DNA of 61,534 bases, the filler included, from Choristocarpus tenellus KU-1152 (taxonomy: Eukaryota; Protista; Phaeophyceae): NCBI GenBank assembly GCA_964200185.2. It is 12 parts of 12 records of this genome, joined end to end, with 100 filler letters (N's around TTAATTAATTAA, not from the genome) between each part and the next. Parts side by side here need not be neighbours in the genome. Positions count along the whole stretch, not along the records: positions 12,967 to 17,874 come from CAXNAD020012576.1; positions 17,975 to 20,721 come from CAXNAD020025102.1; positions 20,822 to 25,459 come from CAXNAD020013686.1; 9 more parts are not named here. The stretch is one strand, 5' to 3'. The first letter of the stretch is position 1. Each line of letters begins with the position of its first letter. The notes under the pieces were generated by a model that was not told the origin of the DNA, did not search any database, and was given only the letters and a program-made list of their open reading frames with translations. Positions 12,867 to 25,459 of this stretch are shown here, piece by piece. The position numbers and the translations under genes are program-made.

Positions 12867-12966
12867 NNNNNNNNNNNNNNNNNNNNNNNNNNNNNNNNNN
12901 NNNNNNNNNNTTAATTAATTAANNNNNNNNNNNNNNNNNNNNNNNNNNNNNNNNNNNNNNNNNNNN
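12867..12966. other. Artificial contig spacer (N-run/TTAATTAATTAA/N-run). Identical spacers at 17875, 20722, 25460, 32524, 35512, 39115, 43032, 47367, 52272 and 58863
   Basis: 100-nt N blocks containing a six-frame stop linker. Confidence 0.99.
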
Positions 12967-13296
12967 CGAGCCTCGGAAGGCCGCCCCCCCCCCCCCCCCC
13001 CAGATACTTTGGGTCACAATTCAGTCATCCCACCCGTCGTCGCTCGCCCTCCTCTCTCAAATACTATTGGCCTGCAATCCACTGCTGCCATTCCTTCGCA
13101 TTGAACAATTTCCCACCATATTGCAGCCATTCCTGCTTTTGTCATATAACGATCAAACTACAGGCAGTAGTGCTTACGGGAACGATTGTATAAAACCAGG
13201 TTTACACAGATTGGATTTGACGATGAAGGGGTGGGAACCATGGGGCATGTTGAAAAGTTGTGCATGACAACTACTAACCTAACAGAGCGTTTGTTA

Positions 13297-13900
13297 TGTT
13301 ACAGGTGAATAGCGCGAGCATTTCTTCTTGTGTTTCAACGAAGTGTGAGCATTTGTTACACGCGAATAGCGCGAGCATTTCTTCCCATCCATGTCTTAGC
13401 AAACACAATGATTTGTGACAGACGTACAGTGCAAGTATTGTTTCTCACGTTCTAACAAGTGCGAACAATATATGATATTAGTAACACATAGGTAGCCTTA
13501 CAGAATAAAGGATGATTTCATAGAAGACACAAAGTAAGATTCGGAATGCACACATAACATTTGTCAAAGTCCCTAAGAAGTTGCAGAATAAAGGTTTATG
13601 ATTGGAGTACGTGTAGAGCAGTTGCAAAGAAGACCAAAGAAATTGTGTGGATGATGAAAATAATAAAGAGGGCTTTTGGTCTAACGATCAAACCGTTTTA
13701 CCTTCAGTCTTATCTTTTATCTTGAACGAAACTTTGAGTCGAGCTTTGAGCTAAACAATGAGTGGAATATCAAGAAGAGAAGGACACCTGGCACCCTACA
13801 AACTGTTATCAAGGGCAACACCCCCATGGCGTCGTTTTAAGGTCGTTGGATGTGAGTTGTACATCCTGTGGAGGTGAATTCTGAGGGGCACGCTGTAGCA
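13297..13900 (+). mobile_element. TGT...(A/G)CA element with 4-bp TSD (GTTA): solo LTR or Ginger-like non-autonomous element
   Basis: Starts TGTTACAGG, ends CTGTAGCA, flanked by GTTA on both sides. Strongly similar over about 600 bp to 34027-34639. Confidence 0.75.
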
Positions 13901-14778
13901 GTTATGGGGACCTTACAAATACTTTTTTCGCACGTTATTATATTCCACTTACTCTGGAAATCCTTATTGTAACTTCCGAAACTGTCGTTCTACTCCACAA
14001 CACAAATTCGCATATATATATTTCACATTTTGATTTGTCTGAGGGGGGTCTAAGCATGGTAAGACAGAGTAGATAATGGTTGTCAGTCAGTGTGACAAGA
14101 TACTGGAGGAGTATATATAATACTATTTCTACCCTCCAAAATTTTGGGTATGTGAGAGGGAAAAACTAACGTTATATCACAAGACCTGCCGTATTTTAGG
14201 GGTGTTTGAGTAGACGTAGAAGTGAACCGATAACTATCCTCGTGCGATTGTCCTACCACCCTAATTTGAAGAGATTGAAAAAAATAACATTTTGTACTTT
14301 CGTCAAAATGGAAAAGAGAATAGATTGATGACTGGCCGTCGTGCGATTGAGGGCGATACTACTAACGTTACCTACCAACTAACCACCTATCCACTTACTC
14401 TATGATCCCAACCCAACCTCGTACACAGTTCGTTTGGGGGTCCACATATGTATAGCGCAGAAAAACGAAAACGGCACTTATTCTACCCCAAAAAAAGTCG
14501 TTGTAGTGATCTATATTTGGGACGCTATCAATATACCTATTACGTACAGTTCGAAAAAGGAGAAGTTTATGAAGTAATCTGAGTTTCATGGGTGGGAGAA
14601 TTCGTGGAGGGATGAAGTATGGTGAGCGGAGTGGTGATAAGGGTAAACAGAAAAAAAATAGGTGGACGAAGAATTAAGGATTGGGTGGCTAGGGGACAGA
14701 AGAGGTAGGAGAGAAACTAAATAAATGGGTGGTAGGTGGAGGTACGAGGTAGGAAGGATAGGGAAGAACTAAATACAA

Positions 14779-14959
14779 GTCTCAAAGTATCTGGGGAGGG
14801 GGGGGGGGTCTACACTAGGGTGTCCATTTGGGCCCTCGCCAGGAAAAGTGCACTTACATCATCTATCCAACACATGTAACCAAATCACCCAAAAATTGCG
14901 ACATGGAAAATGGGCCCCAAATGGACAGCCGCCACCCCCCCCCCCAGAAACTTTGAGCC
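14779..14959. mobile_element. MITE family A (about 180 bp), TIR G(G/T)CTCAAAGTATCTGGGG, 4-bp TSD ACAA
   Basis: Inverted termini and TSD are visible; homologous copies at 22090, 33881 and 54284. Confidence 0.9.
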
Positions 14960-15261
14960 ACAAACCTGAGGTTGGCGGTGCAAGACAAGTGGGGTAAGAT
15001 CAAGGCAACCTCCGAGCCATCTTTCCCACCCACCCACCCTTTCGATTGCTCAGGACAATTGGGATGATGGGGAAAGGGGGCGGGCGGGGGGTCAAATTTG
15101 GGCGGGGTATATATCTTCTAGTTCAAAGGCACAGTATTGAAGTGGATGATGAAGGCGTGTTTTTGGATTAATTTTGAGTGGTGTTGAGTGGTGTGGTGGA
15201 GTGGAAAGTGGGGGAAAGTGTGGTGGACGAAGGTGGATGGATTTGGGAAAATTGACTGCAT

Positions 15262-15523
15262 TGGTTGGTGACTGAAAACTGGTGGGGAAGATTGGTTGCA
15301 CTGGTTGGTCATCGAATGTGGCTGGTGACTGGAAACTGGTGGGGAAGATTGGTCGCACTTGGTTGGTCATCGGATATGGTCGGTGGCTGGAAATCAGTGG
15401 CGAAGATTGGTCGCACTGGTTGTTAATCGGATATGGTTGGTGGCTGGAAATCAGTTGCAAAGATTGGCTGCATTGGTTGGTGACTGAAAATCAGTGACGA
15501 GGTTGGTCACACTGGTTGGTCAC
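15262..15523. repeat. Degenerate minisatellite of about 58-59 bp (GGTTGGTGACTGGAAA..GAAGATTGGTCGCACT..), 4-5 copies
   Basis: Visible tandem periodicity; it produces the repetitive ORF 15092-15460. Confidence 0.85.
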
Positions 15524-16458
15524 CAGTGGTGTTACAATGGTGGAGTAGAATGGGTGGAATGCTAAGACAAGGCTAATTAATAATTGAGAATTCGTGAGCA
15601 AAGACAAACACACACAATCCTTTCACCAATTAGACACAACCTGGTCGTAGGAAAACAGAAGCATACCTATACATATAAACATGTGTCAATCCACAACAAA
15701 TTCTAATTGTAAAGGACCAAAAAGGTAGTTATAGTAGTAGTTATTAGTAGTAGAAGTACTACTTACCAGAGGCAGATATCATATCTATTCTGGCCCCAAG
15801 ACAGCCTCAATGTGTTTATCCCAAACCACACTATTTCTTTCCTCATGGGGCTACTGGAGCACAGTCGGAACTAGCTGGCAGAACTTCCCCTTCTCTCTCC
15901 CCCCTAGCACAGCCCCCCCCTACTACCCACTACTCATCATATCATCGTGCTTTGCAGTACCCTATCCTGACCATGAAAAGTTGATACTTGTAGTTTTGTA
16001 TGTCTAGACCCAATTTTCTATGGTCGTTGTTCGAAGTGAGATGTGGGAATTCTAAACAGTAGTATTCTTTATTATTTGTTGACAACGCCGATATCCTAAG
16101 ACAGGTTCGTGTGAGGATTGGTTGCTTCGAAGTATTTTTATACCCCAATTTTCTCTTAGGTATGGATGAGAAGTACGATATATTAACGACATGTATATAT
16201 ATAGTTTTCATTGGTTTCCCCCCTGACACATCTGCAAGATGTCAGAGGGCATAATAATAAAATATACTATGTAGAGAACTAATAATGTCTGTCACAACAA
16301 AACTATCGTTTGGCGATAGCTAATTGTTCGATAACAGTAGAAGTATTATTATTATTATATTAAAATACAACTATAGAAACAAAACATTATCTATATACAG
16401 TTTGAAATAAATTATACTACCTATCCGTTCGAATGTACTTATTCTCTAACACAGGACC

Positions 16459-16606
16459 AATCTTGTTCAAGAAAACATTTTCGATCATATTTTTGAAGAA
16501 AATCGACCACAACAGAAAATGGAGTTCATCGCCCATTTTTTTTAATTTCTTGTTGTGGTCGATTTTCTTTAAAAAATATTATCGAAATGTTTTCTTGAGT
16601 AAGATT
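16459..16606. repeat. Imperfect long inverted repeat (arms about 55 bp)
   Basis: AATCTTGTTCAAGAAAACATTTTCGAT...GAAAATCGACCACAACA pairs with TGTTGTGGTCGATTTTC...ATCGAAATGTTTTCTTGAGTAAGATT. Confidence 0.85.
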
Positions 16607-17099
16607 CGTGGACTAAAAATGTTTTCAATAGTTACGTTAGATGGATTATATGTAGTCCAACACTAACAACACACACAACCAGATAAACGCCATTTTCAAG
16701 TCGTATTTTGTACACTTTCTCAAGAGAAAAGTACAAATAAAAGGTTCTGAAACTTTCACATTCATTTCAATAATATACAATTAACTAGATATGTAGCACA
16801 ATCATTTGGTTAGTGTATCAGGAAATTGACCTATTGTTGAGATACACTTCCCTGTCGAATGCTTCATCTATATACCCTCTACTGAAAATTTCATGATCTA
16901 GTCATACCAATTTAGTTCCTTTGCAGTTAAGAAGATTTTCACACAATGGGTGATCTGTTGAGTAGGAGTAGATATTCCACAACGCTCTCTCTGTCTTCAT
17001 AAAGGGTCAGCCTACCGTATCGGTAGCCAATTCTGAGTTGCCATACCAAATGAATCCGTCCTTGTCCATGTTTCCACCAGTCGAATGGTGAACCCAGAA

Positions 17100-17450
17100 G
17101 TTGGTAGCCCTTACATCATATCGTACTACATGATGCACCCCTATTCAGAGTTTGCTGCAAGGTGGACGCTACATTTTGGGCTCACTCCCTCATACCTACT
17201 ACTGTTGGTCAAAATCCTGGGCCACCAACGTGGTATTGTTTGGTATTGAATGATCTCATCAACAACAGTCCTCTTCTTGATCTTGAACACCAGCCGCATT
17301 ATCAAAGGCTTCCTTTTAGTCCAGGAGGTAGATTTTTCCCATTTGTAATGTTTCCCTTCTTCTATTGACCCCCCATCTCCGTTTCCGTGTTGTTGCTTCC
17401 CTTTCTCCATGTCAGGTTCACAAGAACTTCCAAAATAGTAAAATCTATGG
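17100..17450 (-). mobile_element. Ty1/copia reverse transcriptase relic
   Basis: KRKPLIMRLVFKIKK..DEIIQY resembles the copia RT N-terminal motif (RKxI..WVFKIK...YKARLVA). Decayed. Confidence 0.6.
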
Positions 17451-17793
17451 TGAATAGTCGAAATACCGTTGACCATACCCATTAGGCAGTATGCATTGTC
17501 CTTCCTTCCTTCCTCTCAGTACGTTTACCACATCTTCCAATCCTACATTTGTCCCAAAGTGTCATCCTTGGTAGTTCGGCCTTGGTTACTTGCCTACCCA
17601 GGCGGATCTGCACTCCTTCCCATCGCGACGACAGAAGAGTCAAACCAATGGAGAGGTAGGCAGGGTCACATTTAAAGGATCCCGACAAAGGGCGAAAATA
17701 TTTCATTCTTTACAGCTTTCAGAAAGAGCCTTTGCATAGTTGTGGTGTCAATTTGTGCGTGGTGAGGGGGGTTTCAATTTTGCGTACACTATT

Positions 17794-17874
17794 GGGTCAA
17801 AGTATCTAACAGCAGATTTCAAAAATTGAGGATGGAGCTTTTCATTGAGGATGAGCTTGACCCAAAATTGACTG
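17794..17874. mobile_element. Left end of a foldback-type TIR element (family D, starts GGGTCAAAGTATCT); related segments at 39051-39114 (inverted) and 58742-58862
   Basis: Shared sequence ATTGAGGATG.G.TTGACCCAAAATTGACTG at three contig ends. Confidence 0.7.
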
Positions 17875-17995
17875 NNNNNNNNNNNNNNNNNNNNNNNNNN
17901 NNNNNNNNNNNNNNNNNNTTAATTAATTAANNNNNNNNNNNNNNNNNNNNNNNNNNNNNNNNNNNNNNNNNNNNCCCCCCAGATACTTTAGGTCA

Positions 17996-18147
17996 TTCGG
18001 TAAAATGTATACGTTATGAAAAGGTGTGTCTGAAACATGGATAGTGACACTTCCTACCAAACACGATGGTCAAAAATACACCAAAATCGCAACATTGGAT
18101 TTTGCCTCACAAGTGGACGTGTCTCTACCCTCCAAGATACTTGGCTC
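17996..18147. mobile_element. Partial MITE family B copy
   Basis: Homologous to the 3' part of 22789-23046; ends CTACCCTCCAAGATACTTGGCTC. Confidence 0.8.
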
Positions 18148-19018
18148 GGCGTTTTAAGAGGTACTATTGCAATCCTATCCCAGTAATGAACAAAACGTCA
18201 ACGGCCTGGAGCAGCAAATTTATAGTGGAGGCAAAGAGAGTCACACAAAGAACAGATAAAGAAAGCTCAACTTGTTCACAGAACCATGCCATAGCATATC
18301 CAAAGTCATGTACAGGCAATTTTACCTTACCTTTCTTTACCTGGATTATGCACATTTCCTCACATGACACATGTTCCCCTCATTACTCCCTCCCTCACTT
18401 CCTCCTGATCACCCACCCCCCTCTTGGCATTGAGTATACCCATGTACTCTCCTTTTGCTTGAGCTGTCCGTAGTGTTGTGTACACAAATCCCACAAATCT
18501 CATAAGATCAAGCACAGCAATCTCATACTAGAGAAGTTGTCAGCAATGAAGCAAAGCATCCCCCTCGTCAATACCATGCGCCAGAGACAAGAAGTAGTTT
18601 ATCCTTGTCAAAATTCCATTAAGTCCACATGCTTCAACACACATCTCAATTTCTATGTCGACACAATCACCTCAACAAACTCTACTTCCTCTCTATGAAT
18701 TACACACATCTCTCAAAAGATAGTATCCAATAGCAATATCAAAATACATAAAGGATCAGTAATCTAATATTGAACTGCGGCATGACGCAGAATAGCATAC
18801 TACACCATCCCAAAACCTAATCTCAATCCCGCTAAACCAAACTACATTATGAGTACCGTCCTGCATTATTCAGAATGACACCTTGACGTCACCTTGATGA
18901 TACGATTGCACCAACATCATGTCAGTCAGTTACTGACTCAATTGTCACTGTATATCATCAATTTCAGCGAGCACCCCCTGCTTCACTGTATGGCCGTGTT
19001 GATCCCTAACTGAGACAG

Positions 19019-20721
19019 ATGAAGGAGCACTACAGGAAGAGTGCCTTTGCCCACAACTTTGCCCGTTTTATGGACCTCCTGGTAGAAGAAGAACTGTATT
19101 CTCAGTCTAAACCGCAATCACAGTTTCACTTACCTACTGGTGGGCGAAGGGAAATAGCAATCTCAAGAAAGGCTGGACACAAGAGCTACAACGCTATAAG
19201 GGACAAGGTCGGTTGTTGTCTTGGGAACGCAATGCACGAAATATTTCATCCATCACCCTCTGCTTAGATTTACACTGTCCTGTTCTACATACCTTAACCC
19301 TCCAACCTCTGGCACCAATCCTTGACAAAGTTTCGAGTCCATTGCATCCATACATATGCTGTACTCGCACGTAACACCTGATACATCCACTCCCGACCAT
19401 GGCAAGGGCAAGGGAGAGAAGCGGCAAGAAGATATTTGGGAGGAAGAGGTCCAGCCAACACATCAGGCTCTCGATACGACGTTCATAATCCCCTTCCTAA
19501 CCGCCAGGCGGTTGCTGCTGAGAAGAGATAAGGTGTTCGTAGCATCCATCCACAGGGAGAAGAGCATGAAGAGCTTGGTTATGTGAGAAATCGCGTTTTC
19601 TTGCTGTCCTACTTTAGCTGATTCCAGTCAGACAATGCTGCACGACAATATTTTATAGAGCACACGAACCAGAGAGGTACAGTCTTGGCAAATTGCTCCT
19701 TCCACCCCAACCCCAACATATAACACCTGATTCCTACAACATTCAAACTCTGACAGGCATAACACTTCCGCACTGGGAAGCAACATTCTTACCATGTTTT
19801 CAATATCATTATGAAGGGAAGTGAAGGGTGTTGAGGGTGTGGAGGGTGGGTTGTTTAGAGCAACATCCTATGAAGGATCTGCCAACTGAGTGTTCGATTT
19901 CTGAGTTTGTTTTAGGGAAGGGGAAGATGTAAGGGTAAGATTTAAAGTTATTGGGCTCTTTTTGTGTTTTTTGTTTTGCATGAGTTCATGCATATGTTCG
20001 CAGTTAGAATAAACCTTGAGAGGGGGGGCTCTGAAGGGTTCAACATATGATACCTATGCCTTAAGAATCACTCCAAAAGGGAGTTACAACACTGATACAC
20101 CTACCTACCTTTTTCCACGATGCCTCAGTGTCTTTTCACCCCACCACCTTCCCCTCGACCTGCCTGCATTGCCTCTCTTATAGCTGTGGAGCCCCCAACC
20201 ATCACCCTGCAGACCAAGCCTGTACTCAAATCCCGTCAGGTTTATCTGTCAGACCTGTAGCGGATGTTGAATGTGACGCTGGAGCTTCAGGAGCAGGCAC
20301 CAGAATGAGCCTAAAGTACAGTGCAAAGAAAGAACTGACAGAAGATGCTGGAGGGCACACTGATGGGCAAGGCTCACTGTCAAGTGATACGTCAATGCCC
20401 AAAAAGGAAACAGAAGAATCAGACTTTGAGGATATTGAAGAGGGAAGCTCTTCCAAAAACAATCAGTGTGCCCCTCAAGTCCTCAGTCTGCCAATACCCC
20501 CACCCCCACTAACGTCAACTGAAGGAATTGGTGTCAGAGGAAAGGAGGAAGCATCGAAAGGACGAGAGGTGGAAAGAAGAGATGAAGAAAAGATAAAAAT
20601 GGAACTGAAAACATGTTCTAATGTAAGACACATGATTGCTAAGACGCTCGGAAAGCGAGGGAGAGGGAGGAGGGGCAGGGGCAAGGGAAAAAACATTGCA
20701 GGTTCAGGGGGGGGGGAAGTG
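19019..20721 (+). CDS. Possible exons of an unidentified gene (19019-19081; about 20212 to the contig end, low-complexity charged region)
   Basis: ACAG|ATG...CTG|GTAGAA exon-like segment and the 213-aa ORF starting at 20128. No recognisable domain. Confidence 0.3.
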
Positions 20722-21431
20722 NNNNNNNNNNNNNNNNNNNNNNNNNNNNNNNNNNNNNNNNNNNNTTAATTAATTAANNNNNNNNNNNNNNNNNNNNNNN
20801 NNNNNNNNNNNNNNNNNNNNNCTGGTTGATCCAGGCGGATGTCGTGTTTTATGTGGGATAGGGGGTGGGGGGGGGGTGAGGGGGCCAGGTTTCGGGACTG
20901 GAGGGTCAGACAATGGGACCAGGTCTGGCTCCAAACCTGGGTAAGGGATGTTGGGGGTGGGTTGGGGTGTGAGAGGAAGGAGTGCCCTGGGCGGGGTGTA
21001 AGTTCGGGCATTGAATGTTGTGTGATGAGAAAAGGTGTGGATTTGGGCTATGTTGGTGTTATTTAAACAGACCATAAGCTCGCTAGGGAGGGGGTAGGGT
21101 CTTGGTTGGTGAGGGTGGTGTAGGTGTCGTTGAAGAGGATGACAGAAAGGATTACAGGATGATTGTATGCGGATGGATTCAAGCACGGCTTCCATTCCCA
21201 CACCCCTCTCCATGGCAACGTAATAGCGTTCCAGCGTTGCTGTGGCGTAGCAGGTGGGACACGGGATGAGGTTTGGGGGCGGGCACGGAGCTAAAGGGCT
21301 GAGGCAGAGCCCAGGTTGAAAAGGTGTGGACAGGAGAAGGGAAATACTGGCAATTTTATCTGGGAAATGCAAATAGGGCAAGGTTCTGGTGTGAGGTGGT
21401 GGCTGCTGAGGTGGGCGTGGGTTAGACTCAC

Positions 21432-21545
21432 CGATAGGAGAGACTGGTAGTCGGGTCCCAGTGATACCTCCTGTCGCCGACTCTCCTGTGTCCCCTCATC
21501 CCGGTTAGAGGGAGGCGACCCGCTCTCTATAAGACCTTCACCATC
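21432..21545 (-). CDS. Possible internal exon (DGEGLIESGSPP...EVSLGPDYQSLLS)
   Basis: CACAG| acceptor and TCG|GTGAGT donor, 114 bp open. VSLGPDYQ is weakly ELM2-like. Confidence 0.35.
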
Positions 21546-21699
21546 CTGTGAAACCTATCCGTCTATTCTTGCAGCGGCCCTGTGTCCTCTATCGTCGTTC
21601 ATTCCTCTCCCGTAACTGACCTGTGTACCGTTGTCGCCTTCCTCCATCACCGCCCCATCCCCATCCCTTGGTACAATTTCCTGAATACTATTTTCATTA

Positions 21700-21975
21700 T
21701 TCTTATATTATTATGGCCTCGGACATTTTGCAGATGTTCCAAGAAAAAATCCAACCAATATCATAAGGACCCCTGTAAAAGTAACAAGTTGTCGAAAATG
21801 AATATGGTTAGGAATATATATTATTATGACCTCGGATATTTCGTAGATGTGTCCAGGAAAACGTCAAACCAATATCACAAGGACCTCTCTAAAAGTATGA
21901 AGTTGTCGTAAATGTTTATGGTTAGGTATATATACTGTATTATGTCCTCTGACGATTTGCATATGTGTCTACAAT
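21700..21975. repeat. Tandem copies (period about 115 bp) of a dispersed TATTATG.CCTC.GACATTTTGCAGATGT repeat
   Basis: Three consecutive units; related copies near 1325, 14130, 16180-16260 (reverse), 25900, 31410, 31850, 56690 (reverse) and 60970. Confidence 0.75.
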
Positions 21976-22089
21976 TCTCGGATGGTCAATCAATTCTGGT
22001 TAATAAGAACCATAAGATGTCCGCACCTTGCTTCTCGCCTCCTCCAGTTCTCCTATGAACTCAGTTGTCCTCCTCTGTCCCATCTTTCA

Positions 22090-22309
22090 GGCTCAAAGTA
22101 TCTGGGGGGGCGGTGGTGGCTGTCCATTCAGGGCCCATTTTTCCATGTTGTGATTTTTTGGGTTATTTGGTTGAATGCATCGGGTGGATAATGTAAGTTC
22201 ACTTCTCCTGGTCAGGGCCCGAATGGACACCCTGGTGTAGACCCCCCCCCCCCCCCCCCCTTTCCACCCTAGCCTAACCGTCNNNNNNNNNNCCCAGATA
22301 CTTTGAGCC
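22090..22309. mobile_element. MITE family A copy (opposite orientation, internal gap)
   Basis: GGCTCAAAGTATCTGGGG ... CCCAGATACTTTGAGCC. Confidence 0.85.
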
Positions 22310-22788
22310 CCCATACCTCCCAATAGTGGCATATTTTAACCATCGCTGTCACAAACAGTCAAGGTTGTCCAGCATGTCATATTCCGCCTTGTTTGTGCTC
22401 TTTCCCATTTCTCCTTTGGGGATAAACTCTTTTGTGTTGAAGGCCGTCAATTGGCTCTAATACTCTCCCACATCCTCTGTTACATTGGGTATGTTGTCAA
22501 GAATGCGCAGTTCTTCCCATGTTGAGGACACGTCCCCTCCTCGGAGAAAAGAGGGATGTACACACCCAGGACGTAGTATCTCCTTGCGTTGGTTCTTTTC
22601 TGCACTTGAAACACTGTCTTTTACATCCTTTTCCGCAACAGATGAAAATTCTCCTGTCCCTATCTCTTTCCTTGGAAATCCTTCTGCCCATCCGTTCAGT
22701 GGGGACGTGTCATAAAGAGAAGTGGGGGCGGTTCCTATTTGCGTCTCCAAACATCGTCATAAGTTGGTTCACTCCTTTCGATAGTTCG

Positions 22789-23046
22789 GAGTGAGAGTAT
22801 CTCAGAGGGTACGAGTTTTGCCCTGTTTGTCCATTTTGGGCTTGGCTTCCCTCGAGGTGTTTATGATGTTTTACCTACTCAAAAGATTTTGGAGTTGGGA
22901 AAATGAATACGTTATGAAAAGGTGTGTCCAGAACAAGGATATTGACACTTCGTAACAAATACGATATCCAAAATTTCATCGAAATCGCAACATTGGATTT
23001 TGGCCCCCAAATGGACGCGGCTCTACCCTCTAAGATACTTTGGCTC
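22789..23046. mobile_element. MITE family B (about 255 bp), TIR GAGTGAGAGTATCTCAGAGGGTA / TACCCTCTAAGATACTTTGGCTC, 4-bp TSD TTCG
   Basis: TIRs and TSD are visible; copies at 17996, 27532, 32920 and 43132. Confidence 0.9.
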
Positions 23047-23259
23047 TTCGGCTACATTCTTAAAGAGGGTTCGCAGGATATCTCATATGTCACTGATATT
23101 CTTCTAACCCTTTTTTGTATATCTGGTTCCCCATCTCCCGTTTTCCCATTCTCTCTCTCATTGTTTTCCACCATGTCTCTTCTAGTCCGCTCGATCTCCT
23201 CCTGTACTCTGTTAGCTACCATTTCTGTTCGCTGGTTGTTCTCCTCCCTAGACCCCTTT

Positions 23260-24645
23260 ACTTATTCCTTGACGGACCCAAACTGCTCCCCCATCACCTG
23301 GCATTTCAAAGACCTGAAGAATCACAGGTTCATGATGTTGAGGTCAGGGGTGCTAGATGGCTGCGTCACAAGCCTAATCGACCACCCCTCAGTCTTCCCT
23401 GCCGCTGACAAGATTTCTGAGTTGCCCTTGCCCGTGTGTGGGGTGGAACCATCTTGCTGAACAACAACATGCTTCCCCTGCAACCAAGGCGTCTTGGTCT
23501 TGATTGCAGGCAGTAACTCCTCCGTGTACCACTTCCAGAACCACAAATGGTCTAAAGTACAGTCTTGCTCAAACACATCCCCCTTTTCATGGTTCTTGCT
23601 TGTCCTGTCTGCCGTTTTGGTGCACACACACGCCAAACACCAAGCTTTTCCATCAAACCTGTGAGTCGAATCTGTGCGGGTATTGGCTGCAATGATCATG
23701 ATTTTGGGGCTATGACTCTTGTGTTGCACAGTAGGGGACCCTGGAAGGTGGCTATCATCCTCATGTGGGAATACCCTAACCCTTTCCCCATCAGTCATCA
23801 CGTAAAACCAGGTTTAATCCACATGGATCGTGTTTGCCATGGAGGCATACACACCGCATTTCTGGTACACTTGATCGCAAACAAAGTCCATTCTCCATAC
23901 TGTTTGCCGCGATTTAAGCTTGGGTTTGATCCAGCGGCAATTCGGCATGGCCCCCATATCATTCAACCACCTGTTTATGGTGTTCGTGCTGTAATTCAAC
24001 CCCTTGGTGACCATCTTCATTGTCACCTGGCGCACTGTGGATGACCGATTATCAGGGTTGATACTATGTATTGCAGCCATCTTCATCGTCACCTAACGCA
24101 CTGTGGATGACCGATTATCGGGGTTGATACTATGTATTGCGACCATCTTGATAGGTGTGAGCTCCGGAGCCTGGCCAGTACGTGCCGCCACTCCTAGGTC
24201 AAGCGTGTGGCCACAGGCGAGCTGATCAGTGACATCCTCCCAGAGCCCTCACTTGTAACACTCGGACACTCCAAACTCTACTGTGAGGGCCGGCCCAACG
24301 TGTCGCAGCAGTTTATGCTCACCAGGGACCATTGCAAGGGCGTGCCGCACTGCAAGTACAACCCTGGTATTCAGGGACACTTGGGCACCCTTCCTACGTG
24401 GGGTTGCCATGCCGACGTTCTGACCGTCAACGTGCCCAGTTCTGACCTCAAAATCACCCCATAAGACCCCTACTTTGACGACTTGAAGCACCTCGAGTTT
24501 GTGCGTGATGACGCTCGACCTCCACCTTTTCTGAAAGCTGAGATTATCAATCTGATATAATTCTGTGGGTTATGGTCTGATTCGGCGCTGTTCTCGCTCG
24601 GCGAGTCCAGATGTTTCGCGGCACAAACTTATGGCGCAGAGGTAG
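23260..24645 (-). mobile_element. Tc1/mariner DD39D-like (plant/oomycete mariner) transposase pseudogene with 5' TIR
   Basis: IHVD*TWFY, VQHKSH.PKIM, FDGK, VVQQDGSTPH and QPSSTPDLNIMNL*FFRSLK motifs; Stowaway-like terminus TA|CTACCTCTGCG at 24645; internal duplication at about 24015-24150; premature stops. Confidence 0.9.
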
Positions 24646-25084
24646 TAAAGTAGCAGCGTGTTCTTTTTGTGCTCACTCCCAAGTCCCAACCTCAATCATC
24701 ACCCATACCGGTACACTTTATATACGACCTATCTTAGCACAGCACATTATCAGCTCAAATCTTCAAAATCTTTAAGAATATTAGTAGCACACCCTGCGAT
24801 CACTGTATCGCTACAGTCTCTGAAAATGTTACTAATAATGAAAAGGATACACCACACGTGACCAACACAGCAGGTACCTCTCAAGAAGTATTCAGTATAT
24901 AAGTTGCCAATAGTTCTCATAGTAGTGTAGTGGCCACGCACAATGTTGAATAGCTTTATGTAGGAAAGGCTTATCGTCACAAGTTGCTGGTTGAGTTACA
25001 TGGTGAACGTACACTGTTTATTGATTACCTGGTGGTATTTGTCTTAGCCACTCATTATCGCTGACGTAAGGAAAAATGCTGGCT

Positions 25085-25459
25085 CATCATACCACTATGT
25101 ACTTTACTACTTTGTGCTGTACCGAACTAAAGATAAACATCATGATACTATATATACCACTACGAGGGCTCCTTTGATCCTCGTTGTTGTAACCTCAACA
25201 CCTTCACGGTGGAATGTTTTGGGCACCTCGGCAAGCAAGTGGAATACTTCCTGGATGAGCTGGCTTATCACATGGTAGGGGGGAGACGAGCGGGAGGATA
25301 TTGCAGGAAAGGAGTACTTAAATCCCGGCCACACCAAATTGTCTCGGTGACTACATAAGTGGCATTATTTAGACGTGTCATTCGTTTTAAGCTAGAGTCA
25401 ACAGGGAGATGGGCACGAAGGGGTTTGTTGGATTCTTGGGATGCCTCCCTAGCTCCCCC
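25085..25459 (+). mobile_element. CRE-like retrotransposon 3' fragment (RLE C-terminus + 3' UTR)
   Basis: GSFDPRCCNLNTFTVECFGHLGKQVEYFLDELA...RKGVLK...RRVIRFKL; the 3' UTR recurs inverted at 26130-26185. Confidence 0.75.

Noticed and set aside
12911-12922. Recurrent TTAATTAATTAA palindrome
   Set aside because: Artificial linker embedded in N-runs between contigs.
15092-15460. Repetitive 122-aa ORF
   Set aside because: By-product of the minisatellite.
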